From Alphaproteobacteria bacterium (GTDB lineage: Bacteria; Pseudomonadota; Alphaproteobacteria; Rhizobiales; Aestuariivirgaceae), in contig VAZZ01000210.1 of the NCBI GenBank assembly GCA_005884715.1, positions 1-40,423 on the forward strand: a DNA stretch of 40,423 nt. Reading direction: 5' to 3'. The position numbers and the translations under genes are program-made. The notes beneath the pieces are model-generated. The model saw nothing but the letters and a program-made list of their open reading frames with translations, was not told where the DNA came from and searched no databases. Position 1 is the stretch's first letter. Each line of letters begins with the position of its first letter. Positions 1 to 9,062 of this stretch are shown here, in pieces.

Positions 1-440
1 TCGATGAAGGAATGCAGCGCTAAATACCAGGCAGCCAAGGAAGCTAACGCTCTTGGCGATACGAAATGGAACGAATTCCGCAAGGAACAGTGCGGTCCGG
101 GTGCCTCAGCTGAGTTCGAGGTGACCAAGACCAAGACGAAGAAGACGGCAACTGCCCCAGGGGATACCGCTTCAGGCCTTTCGATGAAGGAATGCAGCGC
201 CAAGTACCAGGCGGCCAAGGAAGCTAACGCTCTTGGCGACATGAAGTGGAACGAGTTCCGCAAGGAGCAGTGCGGTCCGGGAGCCTCGGCCGAATTCGAA
301 AAGCCCAAGGCCACCAAGGCCTCGACCAGCACCGGCGGCGGCCTGTCGATGAAGGAATGCAGCGTAAAATATCAGGCGGCCAAAGAATCAGCCTCGCTTG
401 GCGGGCTGAAGTGGAACGACTTCCGCAAAGCCAAATGCAG
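1..440 (+). repeat. Intragenic direct repeats (1-120, 181-300, diverged copy ~346-440)
   Basis: Copies 1 and 2 are 180 nt apart and differ at 13 of 120 nt. Confidence 0.9.
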
Positions 441-723
441 CGCCGATGCCGCCGAGGATGAGACCGTGCCGGCGCCAAGCGAAGCCAATTACACGAACGA
501 ACCCGAAAAGCCGACGATCACGGCGCCCCGTGGAGTCAAGTTCCCGCGCAGCGTTTCGAGTAAGTTCTCCACTGAGTCGGCAGGCAAGGCCCGCATGCAT
601 ACTTGCCTCGATCAATATTATGCCAACAAGGAGAACAACGCGCTCGGCGGCCTCAAATGGATTCAGAAGGGTGGCGGCTATTACAGCCTCTGCAATGCCC
701 ACCTGAAGGGCGAGACGAGCTAA
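1..723 (+). CDS. Cys-pair repeat protein (PsiF-like repeats), 5'-truncated by the window edge
   Basis: Frame is open from base 1. Three SMKECSxKYQAAKE...KWNxFRKxxC repeats plus a diverged C-terminal copy (MHTCLDQYYANK...KWIQKGGGYYSLC). Stop TAA at 721-723. Confidence 0.8.
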   Translation, partial: SMKECSAKYQAAKEANALGDTKWNEFRKEQCGPGASAEFEVTKTKTKKTATAPGDTASGLSMKECSAKYQAAKEANALGDMKWNEFRKEQCGPGASAEFEKPKATKASTSTGGGLSMKECSVKYQAAKESASLGGLKWNDFRKAKCSADAAEDETVPAPSEANYTNEPEKPTITAPRGVKFPRSVSSKFSTESAGKARMHTCLDQYYANKENNALGGLKWIQKGGGYYSLCNAHLKGETS

Positions 724-747
724 TCACACAGACGAGAACGAGAGAAA

Positions 748-871
748 TAGAGCGCCGTTAGCGCATGATCAGGAAAAGTGGGTTCCGGTTTTCCGTCCGA
801 TCACCCGCTAAATTTATGAATCCGATCACTTTTATCACTTCAGGTCTTAAGACCTGAAGTGATCGTGATCT
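748..871. repeat. Rhizobiales-type intergenic palindromic repeat (RIME/REP/MITE-like)
   Basis: GCGCATGATCAGGAAAAGTGGGTTCCGGTTTTCCGTCCGATCA module followed by a perfect 30-bp palindrome ATCACTTCAGGTCTTAAGACCTGAAGTGAT (834-863), between convergent genes. Confidence 0.7.
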
Positions 872-884
872 GCGCGCTCTATTC

Positions 885-2363
885 TTATTTGATCCTGACC
901 GCGATGAAGCGCATCTCGCTCTGCTTGCCGCCCTTGGCCACGAACAGCAGGACCGATTTCTTCTGGGCGCTTTCGGCGTCCCTGACGCGCGCCGTCACAT
1001 CGCCCGGGTTGCTGACCGCCTTCTGGCCCGCCTCGGTGATGACATCGCCCGGCTCGATGCGCTTCTCCGCCGCCGGTCCATTGGGATCGACTTCAGTGAC
1101 GATGGCGCCTTCCAGACCCTCATCGATATTGAAGCGCTTGCGCTGGTCATCGTTGATGATCGAAAGCTTCATGCCGAGCGCATCGGCGGTATCGGTGGCA
1201 GGACCGTTTTCCGGATTGGCCGAAGCAACGAGTTTCTCGCCGTCTTCCAGGCGTCCGACCTCGGCCGAGAGCTCGAGCGGCTTGCCTTCGCGCAGGATCT
1301 TTACGGCCACCCTCTTGCCGATCGGCGTGTCTGCGACGACGCGCGGCAGGTCCTTCATATCGTGTATGGGCTTGCCGTCGAATTCGGTGATGACATCGCG
1401 CGGCTTCAATCCGGCTTTCTCGGCAGGGCCCGTCGGCGTCACCTCGGCGACCAGCGCTCCCTGCGTCTTGCCGATATCGAGGCCTTCGGCGAGATCATCG
1501 GTCAAGGACTGGATGCGCACGCCGAGCCAGCCGCGCCGCGTCTCGCCAAATTTGACAAGCTGATCGACGACACCCCTGACGGTCGCGGCCGGGACTGAGA
1601 AGCCGATGCCGACCGATCCGCCGGAGGGCGAATAGATCGCGGTATTCACGCCCACCACTTCGCCAGCGAGGTTGAACAGCGGTCCGCCAGAATTGCCCTT
1701 GTTGATGGCGGCATCCGTCTGGATGAAATCGTCATAGGGGCCGGCATTGATATCGCGGTTGCGCGCCGAGACAATGCCGAGCGAGACCGAGCCGCCGAGG
1801 CCGAAGGGATTGCCGATGGCGAGCACCCAGTCGCCGACCCTGAGCTTGTCCGAGTCGCCGAAACTGACGGCAGTGAGCGACTTGTTGGGCTTCACCCTGA
1901 GCACGGCGATATCGGTCTTGGTATCGCGTCCCACCAGCGCCGCCTTGAGATTGGTGCCGTCGGTGAAGACCACGGTGATGTCGTCCGACTGTTCGATCAC
2001 GTGATTGTTGGTGACGATTATCCCTGAGGCGTCGATCACGAATCCCGATCCTTGCGAATTGACGGTGCGGGGCTCCGGCCGGCCGCCCGGGCGCTGGCGC
2101 TTGAAGAAATCCTCGAACATGTCGCGGAAGGGTACATCGGGGGGAAGATCGGGCATCTGCAACTGGACGCCGCCCGCGACCTTCTGCGTCGTGGCGATCG
2201 AGACGACAGCTGGCGAGAGCTTCTCGGCAAGGTCCGCGACGGTTGGAAGTTGTTGAATCTGCTGGGCTTGTGCCGGAATCGTCGGCGCAAAGCCGTCAAA
2301 GGCAGCCAATGCCAGGGGGGCCGTTACTGCCACGGCCAGGACCCGTTTCACCGTTCCATTCAT
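885..2363 (-). CDS. degP: Periplasmic HtrA/DegP/DegQ (Do family) serine protease with two PDZ domains
   Basis: Signal peptide. GSGFVI, TNNHVI, TDIAVL and IQTDAAINKGNSGGPL catalytic motifs, then RGWLGV and two PDZ domains. Confidence 0.93.
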   Translation of the reverse strand: MNGTVKRVLAVAVTAPLALAAFDGFAPTIPAQAQQIQQLPTVADLAEKLSPAVVSIATTQKVAGGVQLQMPDLPPDVPFRDMFEDFFKRQRPGGRPEPRTVNSQGSGFVIDASGIIVTNNHVIEQSDDITVVFTDGTNLKAALVGRDTKTDIAVLRVKPNKSLTAVSFGDSDKLRVGDWVLAIGNPFGLGGSVSLGIVSARNRDINAGPYDDFIQTDAAINKGNSGGPLFNLAGEVVGVNTAIYSPSGGSVGIGFSVPAATVRGVVDQLVKFGETRRGWLGVRIQSLTDDLAEGLDIGKTQGALVAEVTPTGPAEKAGLKPRDVITEFDGKPIHDMKDLPRVVADTPIGKRVAVKILREGKPLELSAEVGRLEDGEKLVASANPENGPATDTADALGMKLSIINDDQRKRFNIDEGLEGAIVTEVDPNGPAAEKRIEPGDVITEAGQKAVSNPGDVTARVRDAESAQKKSVLLFVAKGGKQSEMRFIAVRIK

Positions 2364-2441
2364 AACCGCTTCTCCGTCATCAAATCATTGGTCGAATAAG
2401 CGTCCAATCCCGTCAGCTGCAAGTGTTGCGCGATCACGATT

Positions 2442-2639
2442 TCATGATCCGAGCACCGATCTGGCGAACCAGACCAAGGCGACGCCGAACGCCGCCGCTA
2501 CAAGTCCGCCGAGTCTCAGCCTGTCATTCGAGGTGGACTGCATCAACGCGATCACCGCCTTCAGATGGCCCGGAACAAAGGCATAAACAAGGCCCTCGAT
2601 CACGAACACCAGGCCGAGGGCCGTGACGAAATCGATCAT
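2442..2639 (-). CDS. DUF2065 (YjeT-like) small membrane protein
   Basis: ALGLVFVIEGL...LRLGGL motif. Sits directly after hflC with an ATGA overlap. Confidence 0.88.
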   Translation of the reverse strand: MIDFVTALGLVFVIEGLVYAFVPGHLKAVIALMQSTSNDRLRLGGLVAAAFGVALVWFARSVLGS

Positions 2640-3485
2640 GGTTTCGCAGTGGCCGGCTTGGTTTTGTCCATGCCCATATATTTAAAGAAATCCGAATCCG
2701 GCTTCAGCACCAGCGTCGTGCCGGGACTTGCCAGACTCTTCGCATAGGCCTGCATCGAGCGGTAGAAAGCGAAGAATTCCGGATCCTTCTGGAAGGCTTC
2801 GGCGAATATGCGGTTGCGCTCGCCCTCGCCTTCACCGCGGATGACTTCCGACTGGCGCCGCGCATCGGCGAATCTCTCGGTATAGGCCCGGTCGGCCTGC
2901 GCCATGGTCTCGATCTTGCGCGCCTCGCCGCGGCCGCGCAGATCCTTGGCTTCGGCGATGCGCTCCGAGCTCATCCGCTCATAGGTGTTCTTCAGAACTT
3001 CATCCATCAGATCGGTGCGCACGATGCGGACATCGACGATCTCGATACCGTTATTGAGCGCTTCGGTCCGCACCTGATCGCGGATTTCATGCATCATCAC
3101 GGCACGGTCTTTGGACAGGGCTGCTTCGAAGGTGCGCTTGCCGTAGGTCTGAAGCACGGCTCAAATCGGCAGATGTTGTTTCGCGGAAGCGCTGTGCATT
3201 CACGATACGCGCCATGGTGACTGCATCGACGAGATAGCGCCTCCCGTCGACCACCTGGACGCTCATATTGTCGCTGGTCCACAGGATCATACGGTCTTCG
3301 ATCGGCACAACCTCATCGGCGATCGGGAACTTGAAATAGAGCCCTGGCTTCTCGACGATCCGGTTGATTTCGCCGAAGCGCAGAACCAGGGCCTTCTTGC
3401 GTTCATCGACGATGAATGTCGACGACCAGACGATAAGTCCCAGGATGACGAGGACGATGATGCCGGACGATCTGAAGAGGTTCAT
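2636..3485 (-). CDS. hflC: FtsH modulator HflC, reading frame broken at ~3150
   Basis: N-terminal half (VDERKKALVLRFG, PGLYFKFP) and C-terminal half (QTYGKRTF...KDPEFFAFYRSMQAY) are in different frames, joined at GCTTC|AGACC. Confidence 0.9.
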
Positions 3486-4570
3486 TGGTTCGCTCCCTGC
3501 GCCGGCACGGTGCTATTGCCTTCACGTTTCTGGATCTCGGGCAACGGCAGATAGGGAACGACCCCCTGCCCTTCGCCGCCTTCGATGATGATCTTGTTCG
3601 ATTGCGCCAGGATATCTTCGAGAGTCTCGAGGAAGATGCGCTGGCGCGTCACGTCCTTGGCGTTCTTGTATTGGTCATAGACGCTGAGGAAGCGCTGCGC
3701 CTCGCCTTGTGCTTCAAGCACGACGCGCGCCTTGTAGCCCTTGGCATCCTCGACGACCTTGGCTGCCTCGCCTTCCACCAGGCGGCGGCGCTGATTGGCA
3801 TATTGATCGGCTTCGTTGATCGAGCGGGCCTGGTCCTGTTCGGCGCGCTGCACTTCTTCGAACGCATCGAGCACTTCCTGCGGCGGATCGGCCTTTTCGA
3901 GCTTCAGGCCGGTTATGAGAACACCGGCCGAATAGCTGTCGAGCGTGGTCTGCGCAATGTTCATGACCTGATCCTGGGCGGCCAGACGGCCCGTGGTGCG
4001 GACTTCTTCCGCCGGTGTGCGCCCGACGATCTCGCGCATGGCGCTTTCGGCCACCACCCGCACCAGCTTTTCCTGGTCGCTTACATTGAACAGGTACTCC
4101 TCAGGATTCTTGATCTTCCACAGGACGGTGAAGCGGATATCGACCAGATTCTGGTCGCCCGCCAGCATCAGCCCTTCATTGGCGGTGGCGCCGATCGCCG
4201 TCTGGTTTTCCGCCTCGACCCGGACCGTCTCGAGGGTCTCGACCGGCCAGATCGCGAAATGCAGGCCCGGATTGACCGTCCTCGCATAACTGCCGAGCCG
4301 CAGCACGACACCGCGCTCGTCGGCCTGGACCTGATAGATGCTGTTGAACGCGATGAGCGCCAGAACGGCGAGGATGAAGATAACCCAGGTGCTGCGCCCG
4401 CCCGCACCGCCGGGAAGGATATTCTTGAGGCTGTCCTGCCCCCTGCGGATCAGTTCATCGAGATCGGGTGGCGTTGGGCCGCGACCGCCGCCTTGCGGAC
4501 CTCCCGGTCCCTGTCCCCAAGGCCCTTGTCCCCAAGGCCCTTTGCCTCCGCCATCCTTATTCCACGGCAT
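3482..4570 (-). CDS. hflK: FtsH modulator HflK
   Basis: MPWN...GPWGQ...PPDLDEL N-terminus, SPFH domain, MLAGDQNLVD, GVVPYLPL. ATG at 4570 after AAGGGG. Confidence 0.95.
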   Translation of the reverse strand: MPWNKDGGGKGPWGQGPWGQGPGGPQGGGRGPTPPDLDELIRRGQDSLKNILPGGAGGRSTWVIFILAVLALIAFNSIYQVQADERGVVLRLGSYARTVNPGLHFAIWPVETLETVRVEAENQTAIGATANEGLMLAGDQNLVDIRFTVLWKIKNPEEYLFNVSDQEKLVRVVAESAMREIVGRTPAEEVRTTGRLAAQDQVMNIAQTTLDSYSAGVLITGLKLEKADPPQEVLDAFEEVQRAEQDQARSINEADQYANQRRRLVEGEAAKVVEDAKGYKARVVLEAQGEAQRFLSVYDQYKNAKDVTRQRIFLETLEDILAQSNKIIIEGGEGQGVVPYLPLPEIQKREGNSTVPAQGANQ

Positions 4571-4640
4571 CAAGTCTCACCCCTTGTCGTTGTTCGAGCG
4601 TCCCGCCAATCCTGCGGACGGGAATGTTTCTAGCCGCGCT

Positions 4641-4672
4641 CATATAGGAATTTGAAGGGCGGAAGTCCAATC
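4641..4672 (-). promoter_or_regulatory. Putative RpoD/RpoH-type promoter for hflKC
   Basis: Minus strand TTGGAC-N16-CCTATAT resembles the alphaproteobacterial CTTG...CCTATAT pattern. Confidence 0.5.
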
Positions 4673-4678
4673 CGGATA

Positions 4679-5968
4679 TTACACCGGAAGCGTCTGCGCT
4701 TCACTTGCAGCACCGTGGCCCACGGCAGAAATGGCGCTTGCAGCGGCACGAAGTCCGGTTTCGAACGCGCCATGCGCGGTCGCCTGGAAGGTCTGATGCA
4801 CATGTTCGCCGGCGAGGAAGATGCGCCCCCTTATGGGGGCCGCGAAGGCCCGCCGGGCATCACCCCGGCCGGGCTTGGCGCAGGAATAGGCTCCTTTAAT
4901 GAAAACATCGGAAGACCAATGGGTTGTAGTCGCTTTCTTGATTCTTTTTCTTAAGTCTGAGCCGAAGGCCCGGACGAGGGCAGAAAGCGCGAAATCGATC
5001 ATGCCCGGCTCGCCCTCCCGCTCCATGTCGCGGGCAAAATGCCCAGCGATATGTGTGATGGCAAGTGGCCGACCGAATGGATGCAGTTCGAAATTGAGCG
5101 GATGAGTCGCGGGCGCCACCGGATCGAAGATGTTGGCATAGGGCATGTAGAAATCGTCGAACACCTTTCCGTCGAAGGCAATGGCGATCTTCTCATAATA
5201 ACCCATGGGCACATCGGCGAAGGCCTGGGAAATGTCGGCCGGCAGATCGTCGATCTTGAGCCTGCCGGTCTCGATCATCCTCGCTGGCACCGCCACAATG
5301 ACGGCCTTGGCGGTGATCGTCCCCTGATCCGTCTCGACAAGCACGTCCTGCGAACGGGCCGTCACCTTGCGCGCGGCGACCCTCGTGGTTATCGGCAATC
5401 CGGCAGCGAGCCTGGCGATCAGCGCCCCATAACCATCCTCGACCGCGAGATTGATGCCAGTGTCCTCGTAATTGCCGGCATCGAGTGTGGAAATATCCTC
5501 AGGCTCGGCCGAATACATGAGACTCAGCCAGTGTCTTGCCATCGGACACCAGGGATGTTTCGGATCGAGCAGCGTCGACGCCGGCACATCCTTTCCCTGC
5601 CGCCCAGCCGCCGCTACCGCGCCCAGCACGCCCCAGACATAATCTTCTCTCAGGCGGTCGCCTCGCCACGCGCCATTCATGAAAGTCGTCATGACGGCGG
5701 TGCGCTGCCTGCTCAGGAACTTATGGCCGATCTCCTCGGCAAGCTTGCGCAGGATATTCTTGTCGGCCGAATGGAACCAGTGGCAGCCTTGATCCCATAA
5801 ATGGCCGAGGCTTGTCGAATCGCTGAAGGATCGCCCGCCGATCCGGTCCTTCGCTTCAATGATATGGAAGGAAATCCCGGCCTTGGCCAGAGCGCGCCCG
5901 GCCCCGATGCCCGCCGCTCCTGCGCCGATGACAACGACATCGGGATTTGTTGAATATTGAAACATCAT
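4679..5968 (-). CDS. Flavin monoamine oxidase family FAD-dependent oxidoreductase
   Basis: VVVIGAGAAG, EAKDRIGGR, GAYS and FLAGEH...TAHGAFETGLRAA motifs. Confidence 0.88.
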   Translation of the reverse strand: MMFQYSTNPDVVVIGAGAAGIGAGRALAKAGISFHIIEAKDRIGGRSFSDSTSLGHLWDQGCHWFHSADKNILRKLAEEIGHKFLSRQRTAVMTTFMNGAWRGDRLREDYVWGVLGAVAAAGRQGKDVPASTLLDPKHPWCPMARHWLSLMYSAEPEDISTLDAGNYEDTGINLAVEDGYGALIARLAAGLPITTRVAARKVTARSQDVLVETDQGTITAKAVIVAVPARMIETGRLKIDDLPADISQAFADVPMGYYEKIAIAFDGKVFDDFYMPYANIFDPVAPATHPLNFELHPFGRPLAITHIAGHFARDMEREGEPGMIDFALSALVRAFGSDLRKRIKKATTTHWSSDVFIKGAYSCAKPGRGDARRAFAAPIRGRIFLAGEHVHQTFQATAHGAFETGLRAAASAISAVGHGAASEAQTLPV

Positions 5969-6448
5969 TCAATAGCCGGCATCATCTCCTTCGGCGCGCG
6001 AATGCGGCTCGCGCGACGTCTCGCGCCACTGCGTCAAATCGAGCGGCGGAAAGAGTACATCGCCCTCTGGCTCGAGATCGACTTCGGTCAGGTAGAGCCG
6101 GTCGGCCAGGGGCAGGAACTGGCGGAAGATGTCGCTGCCGCCAATGACGCAGACCTCCTCCGTTCGGGCTTCGCGAGCGCATGCGATGGCCTGATCGATG
6201 CTCGCCGCGACCACGGCATCTTCCGCCTTGTAGTCGCGATGCCGCGTGATCACGATATTGAGCCGGCCAGGCAGAGGCCGCCGGGGCAGGCTCTCCCAGG
6301 TCTTGCGCCCCATGATCACGGGCTTTCCCATCGTGATTTGCTTGAACCGCTTGAGGTCGGAGGAAATTCGCCAGGGCAGTCCGCCCTTGCGTCCGATAAC
6401 GCCGTTGCGCGCGACAGCAACTACGAAGGCGATGCGTTGATGTTTCAT
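5969..6448 (-). CDS. folA: Dihydrofolate reductase (last beta-strand appears to be missing)
   Basis: NGVIG..GGLPW, DLKRFK..TMGKPVIMGRKTWESL, PLPGR, VIGG, GDVLFP. Confidence 0.93.
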   Translation of the reverse strand: MKHQRIAFVVAVARNGVIGRKGGLPWRISSDLKRFKQITMGKPVIMGRKTWESLPRRPLPGRLNIVITRHRDYKAEDAVVAASIDQAIACAREARTEEVCVIGGSDIFRQFLPLADRLYLTEVDLEPEGDVLFPPLDLTQWRETSREPHSRAEGDDAGY

Positions 6449-6930
6449 GAGATGCTCTCGGCCAAGCCGATGAGCGCGTCATCGGTGAGGCGATAATAGC
6501 ACATGCCTTCATCGCATTCGGCACCCGCTTGCGCATAGAGCGCTCTCGCTGCGTCATTCCATCCCATCATTAGCCAATAGATGCCGGGAAAACCCCGATT
6601 CTTCGCTTCGACCGCCAACCCTTTCAGCAGCGCCCGCGCTATGCCCTTGCGGCGATAATCGGGCAATACCGACAGGTCTTCGAGATACATGACTTCCCGG
6701 CCGCGCGATGTCGCGAAGCTGCGGTGCCAGAAGGCGCAGCCTGCCGGCTCGCCGTTGAACAAAGCGAGAAGGCAACCGACGATCGGATTGGGCGCAAACA
6801 GCGCGCGCTCGAGATCGTCCGCCGTCGCCGTATATTTGTCGAGAAAGCCGTGCGATTGCGCCAGCGCTCTCACTATCCTCAGAAGGACGGTTCCTTCGCC
6901 GGGTCTGAACGGACGGATATCGATCGTCAT
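6445..6930 (-). CDS. GNAT family N-acetyltransferase (SSAT-like)
   Basis: MYLEDLSVLPDYRRKGIARALL and WNDAARALY. Start chosen at ATG 6930 (ATGA overlap with the upstream gene). Confidence 0.87.
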   Translation of the reverse strand: MTIDIRPFRPGEGTVLLRIVRALAQSHGFLDKYTATADDLERALFAPNPIVGCLLALFNGEPAGCAFWHRSFATSRGREVMYLEDLSVLPDYRRKGIARALLKGLAVEAKNRGFPGIYWLMMGWNDAARALYAQAGAECDEGMCYYRLTDDALIGLAESIS

Positions 6931-7709
6931 GGCTGCGCCGGAAAATAGAGCAGGATGGTCTGCACGGCGTTCCATGTCGCGTGGCAGGCGATCGTCACCC
7001 ACAGGCTGCCGAAACGGACCAGCAGCCAACACAGGGCCATGCCCATCAGGAACAACAAGATGATGACATAGAGCGGGGGCTGCGCGAAGCCATGCATGGC
7101 CGCCCACATAGCCGAGGTTATGACCGATGTGCCGAAGACGCCCAGCCGTGTTTGCGACAGCGCCGCGAAAATCTGCCCGCGAAACGTCAGCTCTTCGGCA
7201 ATGGGCGCACCGATGATGAGACCACCGGCAATCAGAAAGTAGAGTGGATCGTTGCTCGATTGCATGACCGTCTGCTCGACGAGGCCGGTCGAGCTGAGAT
7301 CAAATCTGAACACCAGAGCCAGGACGGCGAACACGATGAACATCACCACGGGAAATCCCAAGATGATGGCACCCCAGCCCACGATACCCATGGCCGGATA
7401 ATGCAGCGCCAGAACTTCTTTCGGGCTGATGCCGCGCTGGCGCGCCAAGATCCAGGCGAAATAGGCCGTCAGGAGCCCGGCCGGGAGGATCGACAGCAAC
7501 GTGCCGCGCTCCAATCCGGCAAAGAAATCGTCGGCGTCACCGGCCCCGAATGCCGCGATGCCGGCGGCGAACAAAGGCTGGAAAATCACCTGATTGGCGA
7601 TCAGCAGAACGGCGAAAATGCCGATGGCCGGCGATAGGTTTATGGGACCGTATGGCCGGTAAAGAGGGTGGCGCAAGCCTGCGCGGAAATCCGGCCCGAG
7701 CATTGCCAT
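6927..7709 (-). CDS. CPBP (CAAX/Abi) family intramembrane metalloprotease
   Basis: APIAEELTFRG, WAAMH and HATWN motifs, multiple TM helices. Confidence 0.9.
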   Translation of the reverse strand: MAMLGPDFRAGLRHPLYRPYGPINLSPAIGIFAVLLIANQVIFQPLFAAGIAAFGAGDADDFFAGLERGTLLSILPAGLLTAYFAWILARQRGISPKEVLALHYPAMGIVGWGAIILGFPVVMFIVFAVLALVFRFDLSSTGLVEQTVMQSSNDPLYFLIAGGLIIGAPIAEELTFRGQIFAALSQTRLGVFGTSVITSAMWAAMHGFAQPPLYVIILLFLMGMALCWLLVRFGSLWVTIACHATWNAVQTILLYFPAQP

Positions 7710-7715
7710 GCCGCG

Positions 7716-8510
7716 TTACACTGCGACCGGTGCCGCAATATGCGGGTGCGACTGATAGCCGGCGATCTCGAAATCCTCGAAGCGGAACGCATCGATCTCC
7801 TTCACGTCGCGCTTGATGATGAGACGCGGCAGCGCCAGGGGCACGCGTTTCAACTGCTCGTTGGCCTGATCGAGATGATTGAGATAGAGATGCGCATCAC
7901 CGAGCGTATGCACGAACTCGCCAGCTTTGAGGCCGCTGACATGAGCGACCATGTGGGTGAGCAGCGCATAGGATGCGATGTTGAACGGAACACCGATGAA
8001 TATGTCGCCGGAGCGCTGATAGAGCTGGCAGGACAATCTGCCGTTGGCGATATAGAACTGGAACAGGCAATGGCAGGGCGGGAGCGCCATCCTGTCGACA
8101 TCGGCGGGGTTCCACGCGGTGACGATGAGGCGGCGCGAATCCGGATTCTTGCGGATGCGGGCAATGACATCGGAGATCTGGTCGATGGTCGATCCATCGC
8201 GTGCCGGCCACGACCGCCACTGTGCCCCATAGACCGGACCGAGATTGCCTTCGGCGTCGGCCCATTCGTCCCAAATGGTGACGCCATTGTCGCGCAGATA
8301 TTTGACATTGGTGTCACCACGCAGGAACCACAGCAGCTCATGGATGATTGAGCGCAGATGCAGCTTCTTGGTGGTCAGGACCGGGAAGCCGCGCGCCAGA
8401 TCGAAGCGCATCTGATGGCCGAAAACCGAGAGGGTGCCGGTGCCTGTCCGGTCGTCCTTGCGCGCGCCGTGGTCGCGCACATGGACCATGAGGTCGAGAT
8501 ACTGCTGCAT
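7716..8510 (-). CDS. thyA: Thymidylate synthase
   Basis: [46 protein letters not shown]; 264 aa. Confidence 0.98.
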   Translation of the reverse strand: MQQYLDLMVHVRDHGARKDDRTGTGTLSVFGHQMRFDLARGFPVLTTKKLHLRSIIHELLWFLRGDTNVKYLRDNGVTIWDEWADAEGNLGPVYGAQWRSWPARDGSTIDQISDVIARIRKNPDSRRLIVTAWNPADVDRMALPPCHCLFQFYIANGRLSCQLYQRSGDIFIGVPFNIASYALLTHMVAHVSGLKAGEFVHTLGDAHLYLNHLDQANEQLKRVPLALPRLIIKRDVKEIDAFRFEDFEIAGYQSHPHIAAPVAV

Positions 8511-8594
8511 GGGGGCGAATCTAGCCGATTCCTGCCCTCAACCTCAATGGACAAGGGCGCGGCCGGAGCTTCGCTCTGCGCAGTTCCCGCTGAG

Positions 8595-8910
8595 CTAGGC
8601 GAGCTTCCCCAATTTACCGGTATGTTCGGCCACCAGATAATAAACAGTGACCCGGTGCTTGGTCTTGTCGGCTTTCATTTTTTCGCCGACCGCCCGGACC
8701 GCTGCCTCGGCGGTCTTGGCGTCAAGGTCGAGTTTCTTGGCGCAGAAGCCCTTCACCACGCGTTGAACCTCGGCATCATCCGTCATCGACACCCACTGGG
8801 AATCGGCGCCGCGCAGTGCGATGCCGCAAAATTTCACGATCGCCGCGACCGCCTCGTCATTAATCTTGTCGGTGTATTTCCGGGATATCGGCAGCATAAT
8901 CAGAGCTCAT
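8595..8910 (-). CDS. DUF2853 family protein with a +1 frameshift near the start
   Basis: RBS GGGGAAAG, then ATG 8910 gives MSSDYAADI. One extra C (ATC C CGG) precedes RKYTDK...RVTVYYLVAE. Confidence 0.75.
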
Positions 8911-9029
8911 TTTCTTTCCCCATGTGAATCAATGCCGCAACAGCGCGACATCTCTGTTGGGGGTTCTTTTCATGGCGTTTTTTGCGGAGGAATAGGACAA
9001 AACAGCATTACCTATCGGTAATCCCTGCC

Positions 9030-9060
9030 CTTTTCATTCTGCGTCCAGTCGCCTATATAG
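9030..9060 (+). promoter_or_regulatory. Putative ssrA promoter
   Basis: CTTTTC...CCTATATAG immediately upstream of the tmRNA precursor. Confidence 0.5.
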
Positions 9061-9062
9061 GG

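Noticed and set aside
1-440. 180-bp-spaced repeats as a possible CRISPR array or assembly duplication
   Set aside because: Differences are almost all synonymous third-position changes, as expected for a protein domain repeat.
3135-3170. Programmed ribosomal frameshifting as the explanation for split hflC, AsmA and prmA
   Set aside because: No slippery heptamers at the junctions, and conserved residues appear to be missing, which frameshifting cannot restore.
4505-4545. 15-bp direct repeat encoding GPWGQ
   Set aside because: Normal low-complexity N-terminus of alphaproteobacterial HflK.
6927-7709. CPBP/Abi protein as a phage-defence or bacteriocin-immunity system
   Set aside because: The Abi label is historical. 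It is embedded in a housekeeping operon with no defence or bacteriocin neighbours.
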